Below, in pieces: positions 10,416-18,354 of a DNA stretch of 64,000 nt. The DNA is from Candidatus Yonathbacteria bacterium (GTDB lineage: Bacteria; Patescibacteriota; Minisyncoccia; Phycocordibacterales; JACNGX01): the NCBI GenBank assembly GCA_013334825.1, contig JAAXWR010000001.1, forward strand, positions 267,769 through 331,768. Reading direction: 5' to 3'. Below the pieces are notes generated by a model that was given only the letters and a program-made list of their open reading frames with translations, ran no database searches and was not told the origin of the DNA. How positions within the stretch are numbered: the first letter of the stretch is position 1; each line of letters opens with the position of its first letter. Made by a program: the position numbers and the translations under genes.

Positions 10416-10829
10416 TTAGGTGTCGGATGAAAGGAGTCCACCAGTAATTATCGAAGGACGTGGTGGAATATCTTCTTTTTGAACTATCTCTCTGAGATGT
10501 GACATAAAGTCCATATCAGAAAAATATTCTCTGTGAAGATTCCCTTCACCGATAATGACGAGACATCCGGGAGCAATTGCATGTGTCAGTGCAAAATGCC
10601 TCTCCGCGGATCCACCCATATAGATAATGGGCTGACGTGGTTCAGGTGATATTGTCCGAGGAAAAAGCAATTTCGGCCATTCAATTGTCGAAATATTGAA
10701 AGGCTGTTCGTTCCGTAGGAGCTTCTTCTTGTGCTCCCGCTCCCTTCTTGCTTTTTGTCTCCGAGCATCATCTTTTCGTTTTTGTCGCTGGAGACGTTGG
10801 TTACTTTTCTTCACCACAATATTTCCCAA
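10416..10829 (-). CDS. hypothetical protein with highly basic N-terminal region
   Basis: ORF (TTG start in track); Lys/Arg-rich N-terminus; no confident domain. Confidence 0.3.
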   Translation of the reverse strand: MGNIVVKKSNQRLQRQKRKDDARRQKARREREHKKKLLRNEQPFNISTIEWPKLLFPRTISPEPRQPIIYMGGSAERHFALTHAIAPGCLVIIGEGNLHREYFSDMDFMSHLREIVQKEDIPPRPSIITGGLLSSDT

Positions 10830-11130
10830 AGAAGATTACCGAAGACATATTTCTCCGGTACCATTTCGACTCCTTGGGGAATCGGGATCAGCCTTTGCCC
10901 ACGATACACATAACGAAATGTATTGTGGGCATTAGCTTCCGTGCGTCCTTTTAGGAAACCCTTACTCTTCCCTATTCGACGCTGTATGCGTCTCTGGCTT
11001 TTTTTCTTTTGCATATTCTTTTTATTTTCGTTGAAAGAAATACCTAAACATATATTACATCAAAATATGTATATGTCAAGTTCTTAAGTTATTGTACTAG
11101 GAAAATAAAAAACCTATCAAAGGGATAGGT

Positions 11131-11640
11131 TTAAGCGGTCATTCTTTTGACGGTGTGATGAGGAGAGGGTTTATTTTTTTGTATCCACAATAGTAATCTT
11201 TCCAATCGTGTCGGTTGCCATTCTCTGATTTCACGAAAGAGAACGACACGATATCTGTCCAGATCTCCATTGATACATTCTGTCATGATAACATCTCCCG
11301 GCAGGATAGATTTTTTTTCCGCAAAAGGATTTTTACATAATCCAAAAGGTTCTGCAAGAAAAAGTATATTTCCTCCAACACATCCAGCCGTATGGACGAG
11401 AATTTCATGAGCATGTTTCCATGCAGGGACATCATCAACAGTGGCATACATTGTACCTGACTGAAATCCACAAAGTACGGTTGAAGCATATCCAAACGTT
11501 TTCATCTCGACGCGTCGAGGGGATTCATCTTCTCTTTTGAGGATGAGAAGATCATTCAATGTACGAAAAGATCTTTTAGGAAGATATTCTTTTTCGCACA
11601 ATATTCCTATGGCAATAAAATGTCGTTTTTTTACTGTCAT
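11131..11640 (-). CDS. hypothetical protein (169 aa)
   Basis: ORF with conserved-looking core (HTAGCVGGNILFLAEPFG); function not recognised. Confidence 0.4.
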   Translation of the reverse strand: MTVKKRHFIAIGILCEKEYLPKRSFRTLNDLLILKREDESPRRVEMKTFGYASTVLCGFQSGTMYATVDDVPAWKHAHEILVHTAGCVGGNILFLAEPFGLCKNPFAEKKSILPGDVIMTECINGDLDRYRVVLFREIREWQPTRLERLLLWIQKNKPSPHHTVKRMTA

Positions 11641-11749
11641 TTCTATGATGTTATTTTAAAAAAGAACACGTTCAATACATAAAATCATTTTTTTATTGAT
11701 AAGTCAATGAAGGTGCGTATACGCTCTTTGGCTGATATACTATTGTCAT

Positions 11750-12961
11750 ATGCGTACATCATACTCTGCTCTCGATACGTTTAAAACGTGTCCTTTGCAA
11801 TATAAACTTCAGAATATTGATAAAATAAAAACACCTAAAAGCCCCGAGCAAGTATTTGGGACTATTGTGCATGATGCGCTCAATTTTATGTTTACGCGTG
11901 ACCCACTCTACCCTACCCTCGATGAAGTCATCAATCGATATATCGCCATGTGGAAGAGCGCCGCTTCAAAGATTGCGTGGCGTGACCCAGAGCGGAAAGA
12001 TGCCGAAGAAAAGATGTATGTAGAAGAAGGACTTGCGATTCTTAAAAGTTTTGCGAAGAAAAATAGTCCATGGAATTTTAATGCGGTTGAGCTTGAAAGC
12101 AGGTTTTCACTTGATATTGTTGATGAAGAGACAGGTGAAACGCATACGCTTGCGGGTATCATGGACCGATTGGATAAAGACCCTGATTCATCACGATATG
12201 AAATTATTGATTATAAAACAGGTAAGAAGATGCCGAGTGTTGAAATGCTTGAAGACAATCTTCAACTCGGTTTATACAGTCTCGTTATAGTCGACCGTTG
12301 GCCACATATTACCCCCGAAGATGTTACGGTGTCACTCTATTATTTGAAGCACAATGAAAAAGTATCGACCATCATGACACGAGAAAAACTTGAGCGAACG
12401 AAACGGCATATATTGACGATGATTCGTGAGGTGGAAAAGCGCACCGCGGAAGACGACTTTCCTCCCACGCCAAGTGCTTTGTGTGGATGGTGTGGATTTC
12501 GTGCTCTGTGTCCGATGTGGGCGCATGAGTATCGCAAGGAGGACCAACCAGCGCCGAATGAAGATGAGCTTAGACAAGCGCTTACTGATTTTTTCGCAAT
12601 TAAAGATTTGGAGGATGCACAAAAAAAGCGCGTTGCCGCGCTCAAAGACGTCATCAACCGCTACATGGATGCACAAGGGTTTGAACGGGTATTTTCGTCC
12701 GATGGATATGTGACACGAAGTGCCCAAGAGCGTGTTACCTATGATATGGAAAAAGTCGAACCGATACTTCGTACGGCTGGTGTATGGGATGACGTGCTTG
12801 CGCCCGATAAGAAAAAGCTCGAGGAAGTTTTTGAAAAATTGGGAGACAACGAGCAGCAAAAAATTGAGGAGGCAAAAAAAGTAAGCATATCCAAAACCCT
12901 CCGCTTATCAAAGAAAAAAGTTCTTGATGAAGAGGATGAGGAGGATACGGCTACGGAATAG
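11750..12961 (+). CDS. PD-(D/E)XK nuclease superfamily protein (RecB/Cas4-like) with C-terminal Cys cluster
   Basis: N-terminal SYSALDTFKTCPLQYKL; IIDYKTGK motif; CGWCGFRALCPMW Cys cluster. Confidence 0.7.
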   Translation: MRTSYSALDTFKTCPLQYKLQNIDKIKTPKSPEQVFGTIVHDALNFMFTRDPLYPTLDEVINRYIAMWKSAASKIAWRDPERKDAEEKMYVEEGLAILKSFAKKNSPWNFNAVELESRFSLDIVDEETGETHTLAGIMDRLDKDPDSSRYEIIDYKTGKKMPSVEMLEDNLQLGLYSLVIVDRWPHITPEDVTVSLYYLKHNEKVSTIMTREKLERTKRHILTMIREVEKRTAEDDFPPTPSALCGWCGFRALCPMWAHEYRKEDQPAPNEDELRQALTDFFAIKDLEDAQKKRVAALKDVINRYMDAQGFERVFSSDGYVTRSAQERVTYDMEKVEPILRTAGVWDDVLAPDKKKLEEVFEKLGDNEQQKIEEAKKVSISKTLRLSKKKVLDEEDEEDTATE

Positions 12962-13000
12962 TAGAAAGGATTTTTGTTTACCATTGTCTATATGTCGTTT

Positions 13001-13386
13001 GTCATTCCGGGCTTGACCCGGAATCCAGGATTCACACGCTATGAAAACATATTACGTATACATACTGGCGAGCAAGAGGAACGGCACCTTATACACAGGA
13101 GTCACATCGGATTTACAGAGACGTGTTTACCAGCACAAACACAACATAACCGAGTGATTTACCGCACGATATGATGTGCATATACTCGTGTATTACGAGT
13201 AGATGGAAGACGTGACGAGTGCCATTGCGAGAGAAAAGCAGTTAAAAAATGGGAAGAGGAAATGGAAGCTTTGACTGATTGAAAAAATGAATCCGCAGCG
13301 GATTGATTTGTACGATACCTTATTTGATCCTTGTGAATGAAGGTGTGTAAAAAATGCTCTGGACCCCGGGTCAAGCCCGAGGTGAC
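13001..13386. mobile_element. MITE-like element: stop-riddled GIY-YIG nuclease gene bracketed by ~30-bp terminal inverted repeats, each forming a hairpin
   Basis: left 13001-13030 gtcattccgggcttgacccggaatccagga; right 13357-13386 is its reverse complement with about 24/30 identity; each arm is internally palindromic. Confidence 0.5.
13041..13340 (+). pseudogene. GIY-YIG nuclease family protein (COG2827-type small GIY-YIG) with three in-frame stops (TGA 13155, TAG 13200, TGA 13272) and no frameshift
   Basis: conceptual translation MKTYYVYILASKRNGTLYTGVTSDLQRRVYQHKHNITE*FTARYDVHILVYYE*MEDVTSAIAREKQLKNGKRKWKL*LIEKMNPQRIDLY matches the GIY-YIG small-protein family. Confidence 0.6.
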
Positions 13387-13435
13387 ATTTTTTATGAAAT
13401 AAAACACAACTACCATATACCAATAACCCGAGACA

Positions 13436-13879
13436 TCATTCAAGTCCTGGGCAATTCGCCGCTGGGGTGTAGCCAGCGGCGCGGGCTGCTTCGGCCGTAT
13501 CGAACCAGACCTTGTTTTCGTCCTTGATACGCTTGGCACCAGAACACCATGGATAGTGGTATTTGGTCCCGTTTTTAGAGGCAACGAATTTGCCTTGTGT
13601 GGCAGTCGTAGAACCAACAGAAGCAGAAAGGGCGGAGGCGTTCACCGCACGTGTCTCAGGGCTATTTTGGCCGTTTGTAGGGGTGGTGAGCGGCTCCAGT
13701 ACTTCAATATTGCCATGTCGCGTGGTATCAAGGGCAGAAAGTCGCCCTAATCCAAATGAGGCAATACCCACAAGTAAAATGAGAAGAACGGTGAATATCT
13801 CTTGTCGTTCTAGTGTGTGTGCAAGGGTTTGGCACATGCCCTTGCATTTTGTGCCGATTTCTTTTATACTCATTGCCAT
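13436..13879 (-). CDS. membrane-anchored protein with C-terminal Cys-containing Ada-like/'sunset'-like domain
   Basis: N-terminal TM helix; C-terminal YHYPWCSGAKRIK..VWFDTAEAARAAGYTPAANC motif; start chosen at MAMSIKE. Confidence 0.4.
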   Translation of the reverse strand: MAMSIKEIGTKCKGMCQTLAHTLERQEIFTVLLILLVGIASFGLGRLSALDTTRHGNIEVLEPLTTPTNGQNSPETRAVNASALSASVGSTTATQGKFVASKNGTKYHYPWCSGAKRIKDENKVWFDTAEAARAAGYTPAANCPGLE

Positions 13880-13945
13880 ATTGACGTTATTATAGCGCGG
13901 TAAGCTCCGGAAGGATAGGCGCCGACGCGGACACACACATATTAT

Positions 13946-14269
13946 ATGGCACATAGAAAAGCGGGGGGTACCGCTAAAAACCTAAGAGATTCAAATCCGA
14001 AATATCTTGGCACCAAACTGTACGAAGGACAGGTTGCCAAAACTGGTATGGTCATCGTGCGTCAACGTGGCACGCGCATCATGCCTGGTGAGAATGTTGG
14101 ACTTGGTAAGGATCATACATTGTTTGCTCTTGCAAATGGTACAGTGAAATTTGGCACCAAACGCAAAACCGGTTTCAATGGCAAAACAACTGTCAAGAAA
14201 GTCGCTCATGTAAGGCCAACGGAAGTCGTCACGAAGAAAGAAAAGGTTTCAAAAAAAGCTGAAAAGTAA
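13946..14269 (+). CDS. rpmA: 50S ribosomal protein L27 with basic C-terminal extension
   Basis: [15 protein letters not shown]...G.....G.IIVRQRGT....G.NVG.G.DHTLFA L27 signature. Confidence 0.85.
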   Translation: MAHRKAGGTAKNLRDSNPKYLGTKLYEGQVAKTGMVIVRQRGTRIMPGENVGLGKDHTLFALANGTVKFGTKRKTGFNGKTTVKKVAHVRPTEVVTKKEKVSKKAEK

Positions 14270-14277
14270 ACAAAACA

Positions 14278-14302
14278 AAAACGGGCATATGCCCGTTTTT
14301 GT
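14278..14302 (+). terminator. intrinsic terminator after rpmA (acgggcat/atgcccgt palindrome plus T-tract)
   Basis: aaaaacgggcatatgcccgtttttg. Confidence 0.7.
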
Positions 14303-14324
14303 TTAAGTTAAGCCCATCGAATAA

Positions 14325-14362
14325 ACAACAAAAGCGACCCAACGGGTCGCTTTTGTTGTTTA
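14325..14362 (-). terminator. intrinsic terminator after rplI (17-bp stem)
   Basis: aacaacaaaagcgaccc aac gggtcgcttttgttgtt. Confidence 0.6.
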
Positions 14363-14382
14363 CAGTAATAATAAGAATGCGA

Positions 14383-14832
14383 TTATTCTTCTGCTTTGAT
14401 AACAGTGAGTGTGAGTGTTGCTTTGATATCCCCTTCCCCGATTTCAATCATATGGTCTCCGATTTCTTTGATGGTTTCGTCTGACATGAGATATCCTGAA
14501 TCAATGGTTTCGCCAAGTTGTGTGGCGATTGCTGAAACAATTTCTGGTTTGTGAATCGCGGCAAACAAGTGTCCCAAATCATTGGCCTTTTCCGTCAAGG
14601 TAATAGTTTTTCCATTGAGGGACTCAATATGACTGGCAAGAGTGGCACGTTCAGCAATCGCTGCGGCAGTGTGCTTGGCACGTACTTGTTCAAGTTGTGC
14701 GATTTTTGCGTCAGTAGCAATTTCCGCCTTTTTTTGTGGAATCAAAAAATTGCGCGCATATCCGCTGGCAACATCTTTAATCTCGTAAGTTTTCCCGAGT
14801 TTCGGGACATTGGTAAGCAAAATGACTTTCAT
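14383..14832 (-). CDS. rplI: 50S ribosomal protein L9
   Basis: MKVILLTNVPKLGK...GYARNFLIPQKKA L9 N-domain signature; start set at MKVILL. Confidence 0.85.
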   Translation of the reverse strand: MKVILLTNVPKLGKTYEIKDVASGYARNFLIPQKKAEIATDAKIAQLEQVRAKHTAAAIAERATLASHIESLNGKTITLTEKANDLGHLFAAIHKPEIVSAIATQLGETIDSGYLMSDETIKEIGDHMIEIGEGDIKATLTLTVIKAEE

Positions 14833-14953
14833 AGTGCGTCTATTTAAGCATATATAGAGATAAGAAGCAAGAAGCACAAAGCAAGAATCAAGGAATGCAC
14901 TTACGGCAATAGACTCTTGCTCTTTTTCTTTCGGTTTCTAATCTTCTTGATTC

Positions 14954-15241
14954 TTACTTCGAATCCTCCAATTTCGTGAATCTCATCACTTCCCCGTCGG
15001 GAGTTTGTACTGTTTCCCAAAAACTTGCGAGCGAACGTGCCCAGAGAGGATTTGGTCCAAATTCTTCAGAATCGTATCGTCCACGATAAATAACTAATTC
15101 CTCCAATGACTCACTGTGTCGTGCAACGCCAATGAGATCATATTCTTTGCCTTTGAAATGGCGATAGACGCCGGGAGTGGGGTGAGACATAGAATTAGTT
15201 CGTAGTTCGTAGAAATTATTGGGGACGGTTTTGTCTGTCAA
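14954..15241 (-). CDS. DUF1653-family protein
   Basis: YRHFKGKEYDLIGVARHSESLEELVIYR core; N-terminal codons overlap gttcgtag repeat words, so true start may be MSHPTPG. Confidence 0.65.
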   Translation of the reverse strand: MTDKTVPNNFYELRTNSMSHPTPGVYRHFKGKEYDLIGVARHSESLEELVIYRGRYDSEEFGPNPLWARSLASFWETVQTPDGEVMRFTKLEDSK

Positions 15242-15246
15242 TGTTC

Positions 15247-15380
15247 TTTAATTTTCAATTTTCAAACAATGTTTCAATGCACTAATTCTATCATTCTCCA
15301 ATGACCCACATGTTGTTTTCTTTATTGAAACATTTGGTATATTGGAAATTGTTTGAAAATTAGAAATTGAAAATTGAAAA
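15247..15380. repeat. AT-rich inverted repeat pair (ttaattttcaattttcaaacaatgtttcaa / reverse complement) with tandem gaaaatt units
   Basis: about 30-bp arms at 15247-15277 and 15323-15378; not CRISPR-like. Confidence 0.45.
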
Positions 15381-15449
15381 TTCGTCCTGTATTCCTAATT
15401 CCTAACTTCCTGTCCTTCTCTAAAAAGCTATAACCTAACACCTATAACC

Positions 15450-16751
15450 TTAATTGTTCACTATCTCTATCGCCTTGGTCATCTGTGGGTCGCGCTGCGC
15501 CTCGAGATCTTCTTTGGTGATAGATACGTCAACATCGGCCGCAAGTCCTCCTTCGGAGATAGAAATACCTTCAGGAGTGAGCCAGCGTGCGACAGTTACT
15601 TTGAGTGAGGTATTCTCTGTAACGGGGATAAGTTCTTGGACAGACCCTTTTCCAAATGTGCGTGTGCCAACAAGTGTCGCCACATCATGTTCAGAGAGTG
15701 CACCAGCAAGAATTTCGGACGCGGACGCGGACCCTTGATTGACAAGAACAACCATGCGAAGTGAGTCATTAAACACGTTGTACCCTTTGCTCCGATAGGT
15801 TATCTCGTCTCGTCCATCCGCGAATGATTCACGTACCACAACCTTTCCTGACGGAAGAAACCAGCTCGCCATATCAACCGCAGATTCCAGATATCCTCCT
15901 GGATTACCTCGTAAATCAAGAACGAGTTTATGTGTTCCTGATTCAATAAACGAACGGAGTGCTTCACGGAAGAGGTTTGCTGATTGCGCGGAGAAATTGT
16001 ACAAATGAATGACGAAGACATCGTTTGAGCCAGCTGTCGCTACAATCTCCCCTGTTGTCGCAGAGCGGATTTCAGTATCGATTGTAGGGATGGAAATGAC
16101 CGCACGAGTGATGGTGATGTCGATAGGTTCGTCGTCTCCATCATGAAGAACAGTCAAGGCGATATCTGTTCCTTCAGGACCACGAATAAGATTGACTGCT
16201 TCGTCCGCGGATATATTCGTGGTGAGTGTATCACCAATCTTTAAAATGATATCCCCAGGACGCATACCTGCTCGTTCGGCAGGAGTATCTTTGAGTGGTG
16301 CAATGACTGTGAGTACATCGTTACGAACGCCAATTTCCATGCCAACACCATGAAAGGAACCGCTGATATCGTCGGAGAATTTTTCACTTTCTTCAGGAGG
16401 AAGAAATACCGTGTATGGATCACCAAGAGATGCCACCATGCCCTCGATAGCTCCCCAGACACGTCCTTGAGGGTCATCTCCTTCCCCTGTGGTATTGTAT
16501 TTTTCATCAAGAAGATTCCATACTTTCCAAAACGGTGAAAAGTCTGCCTGTCCCGCCGACGCGACAGACGCTTCCATGCCAACAAGTCCAGCTATCTTTT
16601 GGGCTTCAGGTCGATTGGTGTATCCTGCGTATACACCCAATGTGAATGTGCCAAACACAAGCCCTACGGCAATCGCCCCTGTAACAATGCGTTGATATGA
16701 TGAATCCATGGAGGATAGTATAGCAAGACGAAGCATTGCCTGCCAGCGCAT
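15450..16751 (-). CDS. ctpA: carboxyl-terminal processing protease (S41 family, PDZ domain)
   Basis: PDZ region plus S41 catalytic region LRGNPGGYLESAV...; N-terminal TM anchor. Confidence 0.85.
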   Translation of the reverse strand: MRWQAMLRLAILSSMDSSYQRIVTGAIAVGLVFGTFTLGVYAGYTNRPEAQKIAGLVGMEASVASAGQADFSPFWKVWNLLDEKYNTTGEGDDPQGRVWGAIEGMVASLGDPYTVFLPPEESEKFSDDISGSFHGVGMEIGVRNDVLTVIAPLKDTPAERAGMRPGDIILKIGDTLTTNISADEAVNLIRGPEGTDIALTVLHDGDDEPIDITITRAVISIPTIDTEIRSATTGEIVATAGSNDVFVIHLYNFSAQSANLFREALRSFIESGTHKLVLDLRGNPGGYLESAVDMASWFLPSGKVVVRESFADGRDEITYRSKGYNVFNDSLRMVVLVNQGSASASEILAGALSEHDVATLVGTRTFGKGSVQELIPVTENTSLKVTVARWLTPEGISISEGGLAADVDVSITKEDLEAQRDPQMTKAIEIVNN

Positions 16752-16899
16752 GCCTGTGTTAAAGAAGTTTTATGACCAACTTATTATTTGAGCCATGCTT
16801 GTTTTCTTATATAAAAAAATGCTCCCTATGAATTAAGAGAGTGTCAATATATTATGTTTGCTATCATACAAAACACCGTGCCCTCAGGCACGGTGTGTA

Positions 16900-17276
16900 T
16901 CAATTTTTTGAGAATGTGTTTCCATCAACTTCAGGATAACCCTCTTCTCTTTTTCTTTTTTCTCCTTCGTCCGCTATCCTTTTAAGAGTGTTAACTATCC
17001 CTTCAATGTCATACCTTTCGGCAATTTCAACAATATCATCGAAGAGGGGGTCTTCATGCAGTAATGTCTCAAATTTAATATTGAGAAATCTAGCGAGGTG
17101 GTGAATAGTTGTTAAAGAAGGATATTTTTTACCTTCTTCTATTTGTTGTATTGATTCCACAGAAATACCACAGAAATACCAGAGATTCTGGAAAGTTTCT
17201 CTTGAGAAAGATTCGCAGCTTCGCGGTATATCCTGAGATTATTTCCCAAACCTTTTCTGGGGCTGTTTTCTGTCAT
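16900..17276 (-). pseudogene. XRE-family helix-turn-helix transcriptional regulator, frameshifted by an 11-bp tandem duplication
   Basis: N-terminal piece MTENSPRKGLGNNLRIYREAANLSQEKLSRISGIS.. and C-terminal piece ..ESIQQIEEGKKYPSLTTIHHLARFLNI.. are in different frames; deleting one copy of cacagaaatac restores a single HTH_3 ORF. Confidence 0.6.
17158..17179. repeat. perfect 11-bp tandem duplication (cacagaaatac x2) inside the XRE gene
   Basis: read directly from the sequence. Confidence 0.9.
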
Positions 17277-17427
17277 GAAGTATTTGTTTTTTGAGTGAGT
17301 AGAACGCTCATTGATATATACTATATTTTTTTGTTATAGTCAATATGTTTTGTTTTGTGGAGCGTATCTGTGGAAACAGAAATTATGATATACTAAAGTT
17401 ACATTTTTCGACACTGGTAACTCATCT

Positions 17428-18351
17428 ATGCTCAAACGTCATACGTATAAAAAAATAACATGGATTGATTTGGAGTCTCCTACTCAAGAGGAGCTTCGTA
17501 CTGTCATGCAAGAGTTTGATATTCATCCCCTTGTCGCGACAGAACTTGCTTCACCAACCATGCGTCCACGGGTGGATTTGTATCATGACTTCGCGTATCT
17601 TATCTTGCACTACCCATCCTTTCTCCATAATCACGGCAATCATCACGAGTACGGCGAACAAGAAGTTGATTTTGTTGTAGGAAAAAACTTTATTGTTACC
17701 GCGCATTACGAGATGATTGATTCAATCCGCGAGTTTTCAAAAGTATTTGAAGTTCAGTCTATGGTTGATAGGAACACACTTGGTGATCATGCGGGATTTG
17801 TCTTTTTTCATATTGCTCGGGCGATGTATCGTTCACTCGGAGACGGACTCGATGCCATCGGCGAAGATCTTGAAGAAATTGAAGAACATATTTTTGAAGA
17901 ATATGAAAAAGAAATGGTGCGTGCCATCTCTGGTGTGAATCGTGACTTGCTCAATTTCCGTCAATCTATTCGCTTGCACAAAGATATTCTTGAATCACTT
18001 GAGCTTGCGGGACCTGATTTTTTTGGTGCAAAGTTTTCCCCTTATTTGCATTCTCTTACAGGAGAGTATTATCGTGTTGCAAGTGAACTTGAAAGCCATC
18101 GGGAAACATTGGCAGAACTCCGCAATACCAATGACTCTTTGTTATCGTCAAAACAAAATGAGATTATGAAGAAGTTTACTATTGTCGCTTTTGCAACGTT
18201 GCCGATGTCACTCCTTGCCGCCATGTTTGGTATGAATACAGTAAATACACCAATTGTTGGCGGAACGGGAGATTTTTGGATTATTGTAGGAGTCATGGCA
18301 TCTGTGTTTGCAGGACTCTTTTGGTATTTCCGCACAAAGCGGTGGATTTAA
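17428..18351 (+). CDS. corA: CorA-family magnesium/cobalt transporter
   Basis: C-terminal two TM helices with GMN motif (AAMFGMNTV). Confidence 0.85.
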   Translation: MLKRHTYKKITWIDLESPTQEELRTVMQEFDIHPLVATELASPTMRPRVDLYHDFAYLILHYPSFLHNHGNHHEYGEQEVDFVVGKNFIVTAHYEMIDSIREFSKVFEVQSMVDRNTLGDHAGFVFFHIARAMYRSLGDGLDAIGEDLEEIEEHIFEEYEKEMVRAISGVNRDLLNFRQSIRLHKDILESLELAGPDFFGAKFSPYLHSLTGEYYRVASELESHRETLAELRNTNDSLLSSKQNEIMKKFTIVAFATLPMSLLAAMFGMNTVNTPIVGGTGDFWIIVGVMASVFAGLFWYFRTKRWI

Positions 18352-18354
18352 TCT

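Noticed and set aside
12974-13174. 66-aa ORF from the six-frame track
   Set aside because: It is an out-of-frame artefact of the GIY-YIG element. The GIY-YIG reading is a different frame starting at 13041.
13041-13340. Alternative genetic code (UGA=Gly) for the whole genome, suggested by the GIY-YIG frame
   Set aside because: Housekeeping genes in this window are long uninterrupted ORFs under code 11, and ftsW terminates at TGA. Recoding, if any, is confined to this acquired element or is pseudogene decay.
14940-14965. tRNA-like TTCGAATCC (T-loop/acceptor-like) string
   Set aside because: No preceding GG, no cloverleaf partners, and it lies at the 3' end of the DUF1653 CDS. No convincing tRNA was found anywhere in the window.
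15322-15380. Possible CRISPR array (tandem gaaaatt / gaaaattgaaaatt units)
   Set aside because: Units are 7 bp with no spacers of unique sequence. It is a simple tandem inverted-repeat structure, not a CRISPR array.
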